Made by a program: the position numbers and the translations under genes. DNA of 64,000 bases from an uncultured Chloroflexia bacterium (GTDB lineage Bacteria; Chloroflexota; Limnocylindria; Limnocylindrales; CSP1-4), in assembly GCA_963798955.1 (NCBI GenBank), contig CAWCVO010000003.1:6138-70137 (forward strand), given 5' to 3'. Position 1 is the stretch's first letter; every line of letters starts with the position of its first letter. Below, one piece after another: positions 17,766-26,438 of the stretch. Under the pieces are notes generated by a model. The model was given only the letters and a program-made list of their open reading frames with translations, searched no databases and was not told where the DNA came from.

Positions 17766-18676
17766 TCGGCGTAGTACTCCAGGAAGGCTTCCTCGAGTCG
17801 TGCCGGCTCGATCGTCAGGTCGGTCACGGGCGCGCCATGAATGGCCGCGAGGAATGGGCGGACGTCGCCCTCCAGGTCACACGACAGGCTGCCCGGCCGG
17901 ACGACGACGCTCGAGACGCCCGCGACTCCTTCCAGCGCCGGTGGTTCGCCGGCGAGGCGCATCTCCACGTGGCGTTGGCGATGGGCCAGCAGGTCGGGCA
18001 CGTTCGACAGCGCGACCATCTGGCCGGCGCGGATGATCGCCACTCGGTCGCACAGGCGCTCGACCTCGGACAGCACGTGCGAAGAGAAGAACACCGACCT
18101 GCCCGCCTTGCGGCGCTCCTCGAGCAGGTCGTAGAAGGCGCGCTGCATGAGCGGGTCGAGGCCTTCCGTGGGCTCGTCGAGGATCGCCAGCTCGGGGTCG
18201 TGCTGGAGGGCCTGGATGATGCCGATCTTTTGGCGCATGCCGCGCGAGTAGTCGCCCACCGGCCGCCTGAGGGTCCGCGCGGCCATTTCCATCCGATCTG
18301 CGAGCTGTGCGCGCAGGGGCGCCGGTCGGCCGTACAGCCGGCCCAGGTAGTCGAGCATCTGCTCGCCGGTCAGCGTCTCGTAGAAGGCGATGCCACCGGG
18401 CAGGTAGCCGGTCGCGGCACGGATCGCGAGGCTGTCGCGAACGATGTCGTGGCCGAGCACGCGGCCTGTGCCGGCCGTGGGATGAAGCATGCCGAGCAGC
18501 AGTCGGATGGTCGTCGTCTTGCCGGCGCCGTTGGGGCCCAGGAAGCCGAAGATCTCGCCCTCTTCGACGCTGACAGTCAACTCGTCGAGGGCGCGCGTCG
18601 TCTCGCGGTGCCGCCGCGACGGCACTCGGTGCGTTCCGTAGTGTTTCGTCAGGCCGTTTGTCTCGATGGCCGCCAC
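17762..18676 (-). CDS. ABC transporter ATP-binding protein.
   Basis: Walker A GPNGAGKTT, signature YSRGMRQKIGI, Walker B LAILDEPTEGLD. Start taken at GTG 18676 (VAAIETNGLTKHYG) because the upstream part of the track ORF is non-conserved. Confidence 0.85.
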   Translation of the reverse strand: MAAIETNGLTKHYGTHRVPSRRHRETTRALDELTVSVEEGEIFGFLGPNGAGKTTTIRLLLGMLHPTAGTGRVLGHDIVRDSLAIRAATGYLPGGIAFYETLTGEQMLDYLGRLYGRPAPLRAQLADRMEMAARTLRRPVGDYSRGMRQKIGIIQALQHDPELAILDEPTEGLDPLMQRAFYDLLEERRKAGRSVFFSSHVLSEVERLCDRVAIIRAGQMVALSNVPDLLAHRQRHVEMRLAGEPPALEGVAGVSSVVVRPGSLSCDLEGDVRPFLAAIHGAPVTDLTIEPARLEEAFLEYYAE

Positions 18677-18749
18677 GCTCGACAGGCTACCCGAGCGGCA
18701 AACGCGGTACTGCGTGGCCGCTCGATCATGAGCCAGATACGCTGGCGCC

Positions 18750-19436
18750 ATGAAGCTTCTGCTGACTTCCTCGGGCATCAGCAATCCGAGCATCGAGCGG
18801 GCGCTGGTCGAGCTGCTGGGCAAGCCCATCGCCGAATCAAGCGCGCTGTGCATTCCCACCGGTGTGGCGCCCTTCCGCGGTGGACCGGGGCACGTCTACG
18901 ACTTCATCAGCGGCGCAACCCGCAGCCCCATGACTGGCCTGGGCTGGAAGTCACTGGGCGTGCTCGAGCTGACCTCGCTGCCGAGCATCAAGAGGGAGAA
19001 CTGGGTACCGGCCGTCCAAGAGACCGACGCCCTGCTGGTGTGGGGCGGCAGTCCCCTGTACCTGTGCTACTGGATGCGCGAATCGGGGCTGGCCGACCTC
19101 CTGCCGTCACTGCGGCCGGAAACCGTCTACGTGGGCACGAGCGGCGGGGCGATGGTGGCGACGCCCGACTTTGGCGGAACGACCTACGACGAGAGCGAAC
19201 CCCTCACCGCCAGCGATGACGCGCTGGGGCTGGTCGACTTCTCGGTCTTCCCGCACCTCGATCGCAAGGACGGTCTCCCACCCGACTCTCCGGAAGTCAT
19301 CGAGGCGTGGGCGGCCGGCCTGTCCGTGCCGGCCTACGTGATCGACGATGAGACCGCCATCAAGGTGGTCGACGGCAACGTCGAGGTCATCTCCGAGGGG
19401 CGCTGGATGTTGCTCAACGGCAGGCACCCCTCGTGA
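18750..19436 (+). CDS. Peptidase S51 / type-1 glutamine-amidotransferase-like (dipeptidase E-like) protein.
   Basis: MKLLLTSSGISNP…LCIPTGV…VYVGTSGGAMV… places a nucleophile Ser in the GTSGG context typical of S51. Confidence 0.65.
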   Translation: MKLLLTSSGISNPSIERALVELLGKPIAESSALCIPTGVAPFRGGPGHVYDFISGATRSPMTGLGWKSLGVLELTSLPSIKRENWVPAVQETDALLVWGGSPLYLCYWMRESGLADLLPSLRPETVYVGTSGGAMVATPDFGGTTYDESEPLTASDDALGLVDFSVFPHLDRKDGLPPDSPEVIEAWAAGLSVPAYVIDDETAIKVVDGNVEVISEGRWMLLNGRHPS

Positions 19437-20272
19437 AGTTCGGTGTGATCACCTCTTTCGGCTCGGTCCACGACTACGTCGCCATGGCCCGCGATGCCGA
19501 GGCGAACGGCTGGGATGGCGTGTTCGCCTGGGATGACATCTCCGTGGACCGCGGCGACGTTTTCGACCCGTGGGTGGTGCTGGGAGCGATGGCCGCCGTG
19601 ACCGAGCGCGTCACCCTGGGCGCGATGGTCTTCTCGCTGGCCCGACGCCGGCCGTGGAAGGTGGCACGCGAGACGATCACCATCGACAACCTGTCGAACG
19701 GCCGGTTCGTGCTCCCGGTTGGCCTGGGAGGAACCTGGGACGGTGGCTACGCGCGCGTCAGCACTGACGATCCGTCGCGCAAGGTGCGCGCCGAGAAGCT
19801 CGACGAGTGTCTCGACATCCTCGAGTTGGCCTGGTCCGGCGAAACCGTCAGCTACCAGGGCAAGCACTACTGGATGAAGGACCTGGTCTTCGACCGGCCG
19901 GTGCAGCGGCCGCGCATACCGGTGTGGCCCGTCGGGGCGTGGCCGTACGCAAAGTCGCTCGGGCGGGCGGCACGCTGGGACGGCATCGTGGTCTCCGATC
20001 TGTCCGAGGACGCCGATCGCGACGACATCTGGACGTCGCCCGAGGCGGTCGCCGGTGTCGCTTCATGGATGGCCGAGCACCGCCAGTCGAAGACGCCGTT
20101 TGACATCGTCGCCGAGGGCGTTACGTCGGGCAGCGACGATCCGGCGGATCGCGCCCGGTTGCAGGGCCTCGCCGACGCCGGCGCCACTTGGTTCATCGAG
20201 AGTCGCTGGGAAGAAAGCGACTCGGCCGACACCGTGCGCGAGCGCATCCGCCGCGGTCCTCCCCGACTCTAG
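19433..20272 (+). CDS. LLM-class (luciferase-like) F420-dependent oxidoreductase.
   Basis: MKFGVITSFGS…WDGVFAWDDIS…GRFVLPVGLGG… Start overlaps the previous stop (ATGA). Confidence 0.75.
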   Translation: MKFGVITSFGSVHDYVAMARDAEANGWDGVFAWDDISVDRGDVFDPWVVLGAMAAVTERVTLGAMVFSLARRRPWKVARETITIDNLSNGRFVLPVGLGGTWDGGYARVSTDDPSRKVRAEKLDECLDILELAWSGETVSYQGKHYWMKDLVFDRPVQRPRIPVWPVGAWPYAKSLGRAARWDGIVVSDLSEDADRDDIWTSPEAVAGVASWMAEHRQSKTPFDIVAEGVTSGSDDPADRARLQGLADAGATWFIESRWEESDSADTVRERIRRGPPRL

Positions 20273-20415
20273 GCACAAAGCTGCGCCTGAGAGCGCGCTG
20301 CGCCGGAAATGGTGGACGAGATGCGTCCAGACGGTGCGAAACATGGCCGGCGCGTGGCGCGGGACGCGCGCCGAGGCCGAGGCGCGCGCGGTCGAAACGA
20401 CCCTGGTCAGGGTCG

Positions 20416-20740
20416 CCGCTAATCTGCGTTGGTGAAGCGCATCGGTTTCCTGTCGTTCGGTCATTGGTCGGACTCTCCCTACTCGCAGGTCAAGTCCGGT
20501 TCGGACGCGCTGCTGCAGTCGATCGAGCTGGCCGTCGCGGTGGAAGAGCTCGGCGCAGATGGGGCCTACTTCCGCGTGCACCACTTCGCGCGCCAGCTCG
20601 GCTCCCCTTTTCCGCTGCTGTCGGCCATCGGTGCGCGGACCAGGCGCATCGAGATCGGCACCGGCGTCATCGACATGCGCTACGAGAATCCCTTCTACAT
20701 GGCCGAGGACGCGGGCGCGGCCGACCTGATCGCCGGCGGC
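20416..20740. repeat. Direct repeat copy 1 (325 bp), about 99.4% identical to 24070..24394.
   Basis: Aligned by eye. Differences are tgctgcag vs tgctccag and ggcgtcatc vs ggcgtgatc. Identity stops abruptly after …cgccggcggc. Confidence 0.85.
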
Positions 20741-20745
20741 GCCCG
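20429..20745 (+). pseudogene. Truncated 5' copy (about 105 codons) of the LLM monooxygenase gene found intact at 24083..25108.
   Basis: Nearly nucleotide-identical (2 synonymous mismatches in 325 bp) to 24070..24394. After …AADLIAGG it diverges into non-conserved sequence that runs out of frame to 20905. Confidence 0.65.
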
Positions 20746-21020
20746 CTTTGCGTCAGACGGACGTGATTCGAGCGATCTGGCGCGAGGCAGCGCGCGGGAG
20801 CGCAACAGAGCAGGAAACCCAGGACGAGATACGTCCAAAACGGCGGGAAACGTGCCCCCGACGAAGCACTGCCTCCGAGCTACGGATGCTCCCCGTACTA
20901 CGTGAGGAGACTCGAACGCTGCCCGGTTCTTCGTGTCCAGCGTGACCGACTCGCCGGTGCGGCGCGTCAAGGTCACCTTGCACGCAGCAAGCTTGGTGTG
21001 ATGAAGGCAGCTGTCCTCGT

Positions 21021-21998
21021 TCAGCCCCAGTGACCGACGTAGAGCGACCCAAGGATGTCGTCCATCTCGGTCAGGACGTCGGCCGGGGTGCCCGGGAACG
21101 AAGCGCGGTCGATGACGAGACCACTCGGCAGCATATAGGGTGTGCTCCCGGGTACCATCACCTCCCCGCCCTGCACGTTTATGAACCAGACCAGGTCGCG
21201 CTGTCCCGGACCCTCGTTGGACCGCACCTTATTGTCTGGACCCCAGCTCCGGTACTGGCCCTCGTCGCACGCGGAGATGTCGATGTTGCCAGGCACGACG
21301 ACCTCTATCGCCTTTCCCGGCCATTGCCGCGGGTACCATGCGCCTTCGAGCGATGTGGTCACGATCCGGCCAGGCTGAGCAGCCAGGAGGGCGTCGACCG
21401 CGTCGGCCGTGGGCGCGCTCGAAGGGATCGTTGCCCAGTGGCAGGGATCTGCGTAGACCTGTAACGGGCCGCCGTAGAAGAAGACGGCTGCCCCATCCGG
21501 CAGGCCCGGCCCGCCCTTACGCAGCGCCCGACCGTCCCAGCTCCAGCCGGCGGGCACCGTGAATTGCACACTGAAAGCGGCACCGTCGACACCTGTTTCA
21601 TAGCGTCCGGGTGACAGCGCTCCCTCGTATACGGTCACCCCAGCCGTGCTGAGGGTCCCTCGGACCGCCGGCAGCGCCGGCGTAGGCAGCGGCGCAGCCA
21701 TAGGCAGCGGGGCCGACGGCCCAGGTGAAAACGTCTGGTCGGCCGGTGACGGGCGCAGGTCGTGTCGTCCACCGGCAACCAATTGCGACCCGAGAAGCGC
21801 CCCACCGACCAGCGCGGCGGCGATCAACAGCATCCGCGAATTGGGTCGACGACGGGTCAGGACCCTGATACGCGCCGTCCCCTTCAACTCTTGGGGGGTC
21901 GTAGCGATACGCTCGATTGTCGAGTTCAGCAGCTGCTGCGGCGCACGTGCAGGTGCTGAGCCGCGCAGCCAGTCGGTGATCACGCGGTCAGCGTTCAT
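21021..21998 (-). CDS. Putative anti-sigma factor: N-terminal cytoplasmic segment, one TM helix, extracytoplasmic domain.
   Basis: Lies immediately downstream of and overlapping the ECF sigma gene (ATGA). Has a TM helix MLLIAAALVGGALLGSQLV and a Pro-rich linker followed by a roughly 200-aa outside domain. Confidence 0.5.
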   Translation of the reverse strand: MNADRVITDWLRGSAPARAPQQLLNSTIERIATTPQELKGTARIRVLTRRRPNSRMLLIAAALVGGALLGSQLVAGGRHDLRPSPADQTFSPGPSAPLPMAAPLPTPALPAVRGTLSTAGVTVYEGALSPGRYETGVDGAAFSVQFTVPAGWSWDGRALRKGGPGLPDGAAVFFYGGPLQVYADPCHWATIPSSAPTADAVDALLAAQPGRIVTTSLEGAWYPRQWPGKAIEVVVPGNIDISACDEGQYRSWGPDNKVRSNEGPGQRDLVWFINVQGGEVMVPGSTPYMLPSGLVIDRASFPGTPADVLTEMDDILGSLYVGHWG

Positions 21999-22546
21999 GG
22001 TCGACCCTCCGCGACTGCCGCCACTCTGGCTTCGGCTTCAAGGACAGCCCGCAGCTGGGCCATGGCGTAGTGGTAGCGCGATTTCGCCGTGCCCAGCGGA
22101 ATCGCGAGGGCCTGGGCAACGTCCACCAGTGGCAGGTCCGCGTACTGATGCAGCACCACGACCGCCCGGTGTTCCAGGCTGAGCTGGGCGAAGGCGCGCT
22201 CGAGCCGCTCACGGTCGGCAACGGCAAGGGTGTCGTCGTCGGCGTGCGGCTCAAGGTCGAGCGTTCGGACGCTGGCCCTGAAGCGGCGCCGGCTCGAGGC
22301 CTCGTCCGCCGCTGCACGTACCAGGATCCGATAGAGCCAGCCATCGAAGCTGGCCACGACACGCAGGTTAGGAAGCTGCCGCCAACAGCGGACCAGGGCC
22401 TCTTGGACGGCGTCCTGTGCCAGGCAGGAGTCGCGCAGGATCAAGGTTGCGATTGCGTGGAGGCGGTCGATCTCCAGCGCCGCCAGCTCGGCGAACGCCT
22501 CGCGGTCGCCCTGCCGGGCTCGGTCGATCAGTTCCTGGCGGGTCAT
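21995..22546 (-). CDS. ECF (sigma-70 family) RNA polymerase sigma factor.
   Basis: 183 aa with region 2 (…DAVQEALVRCWRQL…) and region 4 (…DLPLVDVAQALAIPLGTAKSRYHYAMAQLR). Confidence 0.85.
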   Translation of the reverse strand: MTRQELIDRARQGDREAFAELAALEIDRLHAIATLILRDSCLAQDAVQEALVRCWRQLPNLRVVASFDGWLYRILVRAAADEASSRRRFRASVRTLDLEPHADDDTLAVADRERLERAFAQLSLEHRAVVVLHQYADLPLVDVAQALAIPLGTAKSRYHYAMAQLRAVLEAEARVAAVAEGRP

Positions 22547-23790
22547 CTGAGCAGCGCCGCGATCTTCTGGGCCAGCGGCATGACCAGCGCCCTTGGGTCA
22601 CCGGCCTCATTTGTCAGGACCGCGATGGCGATGCCCCCACTCGGGATGACGCTGAGCACCGACGAGTAGCCGCCGTCGTCCCAGCCTCCGTTGCCCACGG
22701 TGGCGACCCCGTAGCCGCTGGCCAGGTTGGTCTGGTCGAATATACCCATGCCGTACGGTCCGTCGACGCCACCGGACAGGTCCGGGCCAAAGCCGGTCAT
22801 CGCCCCCAACGATTGCGCCGACAGAATTGCCCCGCCGAAGACCTGGTAGCCCCACAATGCGAGGGAGCCCGAGTCGCCGGCCATGCAGCCTGAGCCGTTC
22901 GCCTCGCTGCTCTCGGCCTCGGACGGCAGGTAGCCGCCGCCAAGCGCGACGATGTCAACTCTTGGGCTGCCCCCGATGTGGGGCAACGCGAAGGGACCGG
23001 TTGGTTTCTGCTCGGGCTGGTAGACGAGCGCGGCGAATCGCGGATCCGCCAGCACGCCCTCGCGCAGCGCGGCAGCGGTGGTCATGCCGGTGACCTGGGC
23101 CACGACCATCCCCAGCAGCATGTAATTGGCGTCCTCGTAGACGAAGTGGTCGCCCGGCTTCGAACGATAGGCGGGAACCGTGGCCAGCACTTCCCGGACG
23201 CTCCAGTCGCGCATCAGATCGGCAGCGTAAGACGTGCCGTTCATGCTCGGGTCTGGGATGCCACTCTCCATCGCCAGCAGGTTGCCGATGGTCGCACCAT
23301 TCGTGTTGAAATCGAAGTCCGGCGGCAGATGTTCCGACAGCTGGTCGGACAGCTTCAGCCTCCCCTGGTCGGCAAGAAGCATGACCTCTGCGGCGATGAC
23401 CGTCTTGGTGATGCTGGCGATACCGAACTGTGCATTGATCTCGACGGGGTGCTCGTCGTCGGCCTTGCCGGCGGCGCCGGACCATGTCCCGCGATCCGCT
23501 GCGATGACCGTCGCCGCAACGCCAGGCAAGTGGGTGGCGGCCTGGTCAAGGATTGCCTGCAGGGCCGAGACCGTCTCGCGTGGGAGAACGGTTGTCGGCG
23601 GCGCTGGAAAGTGCCCAAGGCTGTACGCGAATGGCGAAGTAGGTGACGGCAGCAGAGTGGGCGATGGCGGCAGGGTCGAGGTTGACGACACCAAGGCTGT
23701 CGGGACCGGCGTGATCGACGCAGCCGGCGCGGTGCACGCCCAGGCCAGCGTGGTGAGCACGATAAGGAGTAGTGACCTCCCACGCCTCAT
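22543..23790 (-). CDS. Secreted serine hydrolase of the beta-lactamase/PBP (class C-like) fold.
   Basis: Signal peptide (MRRGRSLLLIVLTTLAWACTA) followed by Pro/Ser/Thr linker. SxxK motif FGIASITKTV and YxN-like motif (YEDANY). Stop overlaps the sigma-factor start. Confidence 0.8.
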   Translation of the reverse strand: MRRGRSLLLIVLTTLAWACTAPAASITPVPTALVSSTSTLPPSPTLLPSPTSPFAYSLGHFPAPPTTVLPRETVSALQAILDQAATHLPGVAATVIAADRGTWSGAAGKADDEHPVEINAQFGIASITKTVIAAEVMLLADQGRLKLSDQLSEHLPPDFDFNTNGATIGNLLAMESGIPDPSMNGTSYAADLMRDWSVREVLATVPAYRSKPGDHFVYEDANYMLLGMVVAQVTGMTTAAALREGVLADPRFAALVYQPEQKPTGPFALPHIGGSPRVDIVALGGGYLPSEAESSEANGSGCMAGDSGSLALWGYQVFGGAILSAQSLGAMTGFGPDLSGGVDGPYGMGIFDQTNLASGYGVATVGNGGWDDGGYSSVLSVIPSGGIAIAVLTNEAGDPRALVMPLAQKIAALLR

Positions 23791-23973
23791 GCCAGCAGCT
23801 CCCAGTCGAACGGCGCGACCCGTCGCTCAGGTCGCCTTACCTACAAGACCGGACGCATGCTCCGAATGGTTCAATCATTTGACCCAGGGCCGGCAGTTCG
23901 GGCCTGCCCCATGCGAAGTTCGTGGTTTGATACCGGGCATACGTGCAGCGATCTTTGAGAGTCCGGTGAGATC

Positions 23974-24025
23974 GCGTCTTGACCAGGCGCACCGCGCACA
24001 GCCAGCGATCGATCCGCGTCTCGTC
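23974..24025. repeat. Roughly 52-bp fragment homologous to the 5' end of the S4-domain gene (16894..16945), about 90% identical.
   Basis: gcgtcttgaccaggcgcaccgcgcacagccagcgatcgatccgcgtctcgtcg here versus gcgtcttgaccaggcgcaccgcacacagccaacgatcgatccgtgtcccttcg at 16894. It encodes TRIDRWLCAVRLVKTR on the minus strand in both places. Confidence 0.7.
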
Positions 24026-24069
24026 GATCTCGCCACGTTCGATCGCGGCTCGATTGGGCTGATCAGCGC

Positions 24070-24394
24070 CCGCTAATCTGCGTTGGTGAAGCGCATCGGT
24101 TTCCTGTCGTTCGGTCATTGGTCGGACTCTCCCTACTCGCAGGTCAAGTCCGGTTCGGACGCGCTGCTCCAGTCGATCGAGCTGGCCGTCGCGGTGGAAG
24201 AGCTCGGCGCAGATGGGGCCTACTTCCGCGTGCACCACTTCGCGCGCCAGCTCGGCTCCCCTTTTCCGCTGCTGTCGGCCATCGGTGCGCGGACCAGGCG
24301 CATCGAGATCGGCACCGGCGTGATCGACATGCGCTACGAGAATCCCTTCTACATGGCCGAGGACGCGGGCGCGGCCGACCTGATCGCCGGCGGC
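24070..24394. repeat. Direct repeat copy 2 (325 bp), spanning the upstream region plus the first 104 codons of the intact LLM gene.
   Basis: See copy 1. Confidence 0.85.
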
Positions 24395-25108
24395 CGGCTG
24401 CAGCTGGGCATCAGCCGTGGGTCGCCCGAACAGGTAATCGATGGCTTCCGCCATTTTGGCTACCAGCCGGCAGAGGGCGAGACCGACGCCGACATGGCGC
24501 GCCAGCACACCGCGGTCTTCCTCGAACTGCTGAAGGGCGAGGGTTTCGCCCAGCCCAGCCCGCGGCCTATGTTCCCCAACCCGCCTGGGCTGCTGCGCCT
24601 GGAGCCCTTCTCCCCCGGCCTGCGCGAGCGTATCTGGTGGGGCGCCGGTTCCAGCGCCACGGCCGTCTGGGCCGCGCAACAAGGGATGAACCTGATGAGC
24701 TCCACCCTCGTGTTCGATGAGAGCGGCGAACCCCTGCATATCCAGCAGCGCCGGCAGATCGACGCCTATCGGGCGGCCTGGAAGGAGGCCGGCCATGCGC
24801 GCGAGCCGCGTGTGTCGGTGAGCCGCAGCATCTTCGCCATCGTCGACGACCGCGATCGTGCGTACTTCGGCCATTCGCACGACAAGGGTGACTCGATCGG
24901 CTACATCGACGAGAACACGCGGGCGGTCTTCGGCCGCTCGTACGCCGCCGAGCCGGCGCAGCTGGTCGCCGAGCTCAAGGGCGACACGGCCATCGAAGCG
25001 GCGGACACGCTTTTGCTGACCGTGCCCAACCAGCTTGGCGTGGACTACAACGCGCATGCCGTGGCGGCGATCCTGCGCTATGTCGCACCGGAGCTGGGCT
25101 GGCGCTAG
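24083..25108 (+). CDS. LLM-class flavin/F420-dependent oxidoreductase (luciferase-like monooxygenase), full length.
   Basis: 341 aa MVKRIGFLSFGHWSD…RIEIGTGVIDMRYENPFYMAED…LQLGISRGSPEQ…. Confidence 0.8.
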   Translation: MVKRIGFLSFGHWSDSPYSQVKSGSDALLQSIELAVAVEELGADGAYFRVHHFARQLGSPFPLLSAIGARTRRIEIGTGVIDMRYENPFYMAEDAGAADLIAGGRLQLGISRGSPEQVIDGFRHFGYQPAEGETDADMARQHTAVFLELLKGEGFAQPSPRPMFPNPPGLLRLEPFSPGLRERIWWGAGSSATAVWAAQQGMNLMSSTLVFDESGEPLHIQQRRQIDAYRAAWKEAGHAREPRVSVSRSIFAIVDDRDRAYFGHSHDKGDSIGYIDENTRAVFGRSYAAEPAQLVAELKGDTAIEAADTLLLTVPNQLGVDYNAHAVAAILRYVAPELGWR

Positions 25109-25126
25109 CCGGCCGCTGGAGCTTCC

Positions 25127-25546
25127 ATGGCAGATCTGCTTTCCCAGGCCGCGAGAGCGCTGCTTGACTCGGCGGCCGTGGCCACGATCGTGACCATCAA
25201 CCCCGATGGCTCGCCCCACCTGAGTTCGGCCTGGGTGGGACTCGAGGGCGACGAGATCGTCTTCGCGACGTTGCCCGACCAGCGCAAGCTGCGCAACTTG
25301 CGCCGGGACCCGCGAATCGCCGTGTCGGTGCAGAACGGTCGTGTCAACGAATGGGGCCTGCAGGAGTACCTGGTCATCGAGGGCGTCGCGCGAATCACGG
25401 AGGGCGGAGCAGCCGCGATGCTGCAGGATCTCGCCCACACGTATTTGGGTCCCGACGTCGTCTTTCCAGCGATGCCTGACCCGGCGCCGGGGTACGTGAC
25501 CCACATCACCGTCGAGCGCGTGCGCGGCATCGGCGACTGGCACTGA
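25127..25546 (+). CDS. PPOX-class (pyridoxamine-5'-phosphate-oxidase fold) F420-dependent oxidoreductase.
   Basis: …AVATIVTINPDGSPHLSSAWVGLEGDEIVFATLPDQRKLRNLRRDPRIAVSV… is typical of the TIGR03618-like family. Confidence 0.75.
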   Translation: MADLLSQAARALLDSAAVATIVTINPDGSPHLSSAWVGLEGDEIVFATLPDQRKLRNLRRDPRIAVSVQNGRVNEWGLQEYLVIEGVARITEGGAAAMLQDLAHTYLGPDVVFPAMPDPAPGYVTHITVERVRGIGDWH

Positions 25547-25614
25547 GGCGCAGATCCTGTAGCCCGACCCTGATGCCTCCCCGCCCAGGGCCCCATGGAT
25601 AGAGGCGGTCCGCG

Positions 25615-26364
25615 TTATGCCGGTCGGTGGCGGGGGCTCAGGGCCAGGTAGACACCGGCCACGACGCCGGCCAGCGGCGCGGGCAGGATGACGGCGATCT
25701 CCATCAACGAAATCGACTCGGGCGCCGGTATGGTGCCGGTGGGTGGCGTCAGGCCGGCGCCGTGGAATATGGCGCTGGGCGCGAAGATCGAAAAGACGCG
25801 CTGGAAGTTTTCCGACTGCAGGCCGCCACTGAGCACGATGGCGACGAGCCCGAGCCCGATGACGACCTGGACGGCGAACAAGACGACCACGACCACCGTG
25901 GCGATGTGCGTCGCGTGGTGCGACCAGCGGTTGGCGGCCAAGCGTACGAGGATGATGCCGAAGATCGGGCCGATCCACCAGAAGTAGAAGGGAGCTAAGA
26001 TCAACAGCAGCAGGCCGACTATCTCCGCTGCGCCCCAGCCGTACTGGCGGAGGATCGTTCGCATGCGCACCAGCGGTGCCAGCGCGGTGTCGAGTCGTTG
26101 GCGCGCGCTCGAGCGCGGCGCGGCGAGCTTTCGAGTGACGATGTCGCTTGCCGGCCCAAGCCGATCGAGTACGCGGTAGACGGTTGCCTTGGTACGAGTG
26201 CCCTCAGCGTTCAGCGACGCGTCGATGCCCGCCCGCACCTCGATCTCGAGGGCATCCGTGTCGGCCGCCGAGAGCCGCTGATTCCACGCCGACACCCTGA
26301 GCTCGTGCAGGTAGTTGTCGATCAACTGGTCCGCCACCGCGCCCCCAGGCAAGGCCGCGTTCAT
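25615..26364 (-). CDS. Membrane protein with an N-terminal HAAS/DUF1700-like helical domain (function unknown).
   Basis: N-terminus DQLIDNYLHELRVS…, followed by four or five TM helices. No PadR-type partner is adjacent. Confidence 0.45.
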   Translation of the reverse strand: MNAALPGGAVADQLIDNYLHELRVSAWNQRLSAADTDALEIEVRAGIDASLNAEGTRTKATVYRVLDRLGPASDIVTRKLAAPRSSARQRLDTALAPLVRMRTILRQYGWGAAEIVGLLLLILAPFYFWWIGPIFGIILVRLAANRWSHHATHIATVVVVVLFAVQVVIGLGLVAIVLSGGLQSENFQRVFSIFAPSAIFHGAGLTPPTGTIPAPESISLMEIAVILPAPLAGVVAGVYLALSPRHRPA

Positions 26365-26438
26365 GGCGCATTTGTAGGCATGCCGGAGCGGCCAGTCAAG
26401 TTGGTCGCGGACGGTACCGCCAGCGACTGATGTGCGTC

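Noticed and set aside
16935-17774. 279-aa plus-strand ORF (Arg/Asp/Gly-rich).
   Set aside because: Antisense shadow of the ABC-2 permease gene.
20416-24394. Repeat-flanked segment as a transposon/IS element.
   Set aside because: No transposase, integrase or terminal inverted repeats. The flanks are direct copies of host coding sequence, which fits recombination or duplication better than a mobile element.
23837-25978. 713-aa minus-strand ORF spanning the LLM and PPOX genes.
   Set aside because: Opposite strand of two well-conserved plus-strand genes, with Arg-rich junk translation. Only its extreme C-terminus matters, as the S4-fragment duplicate.
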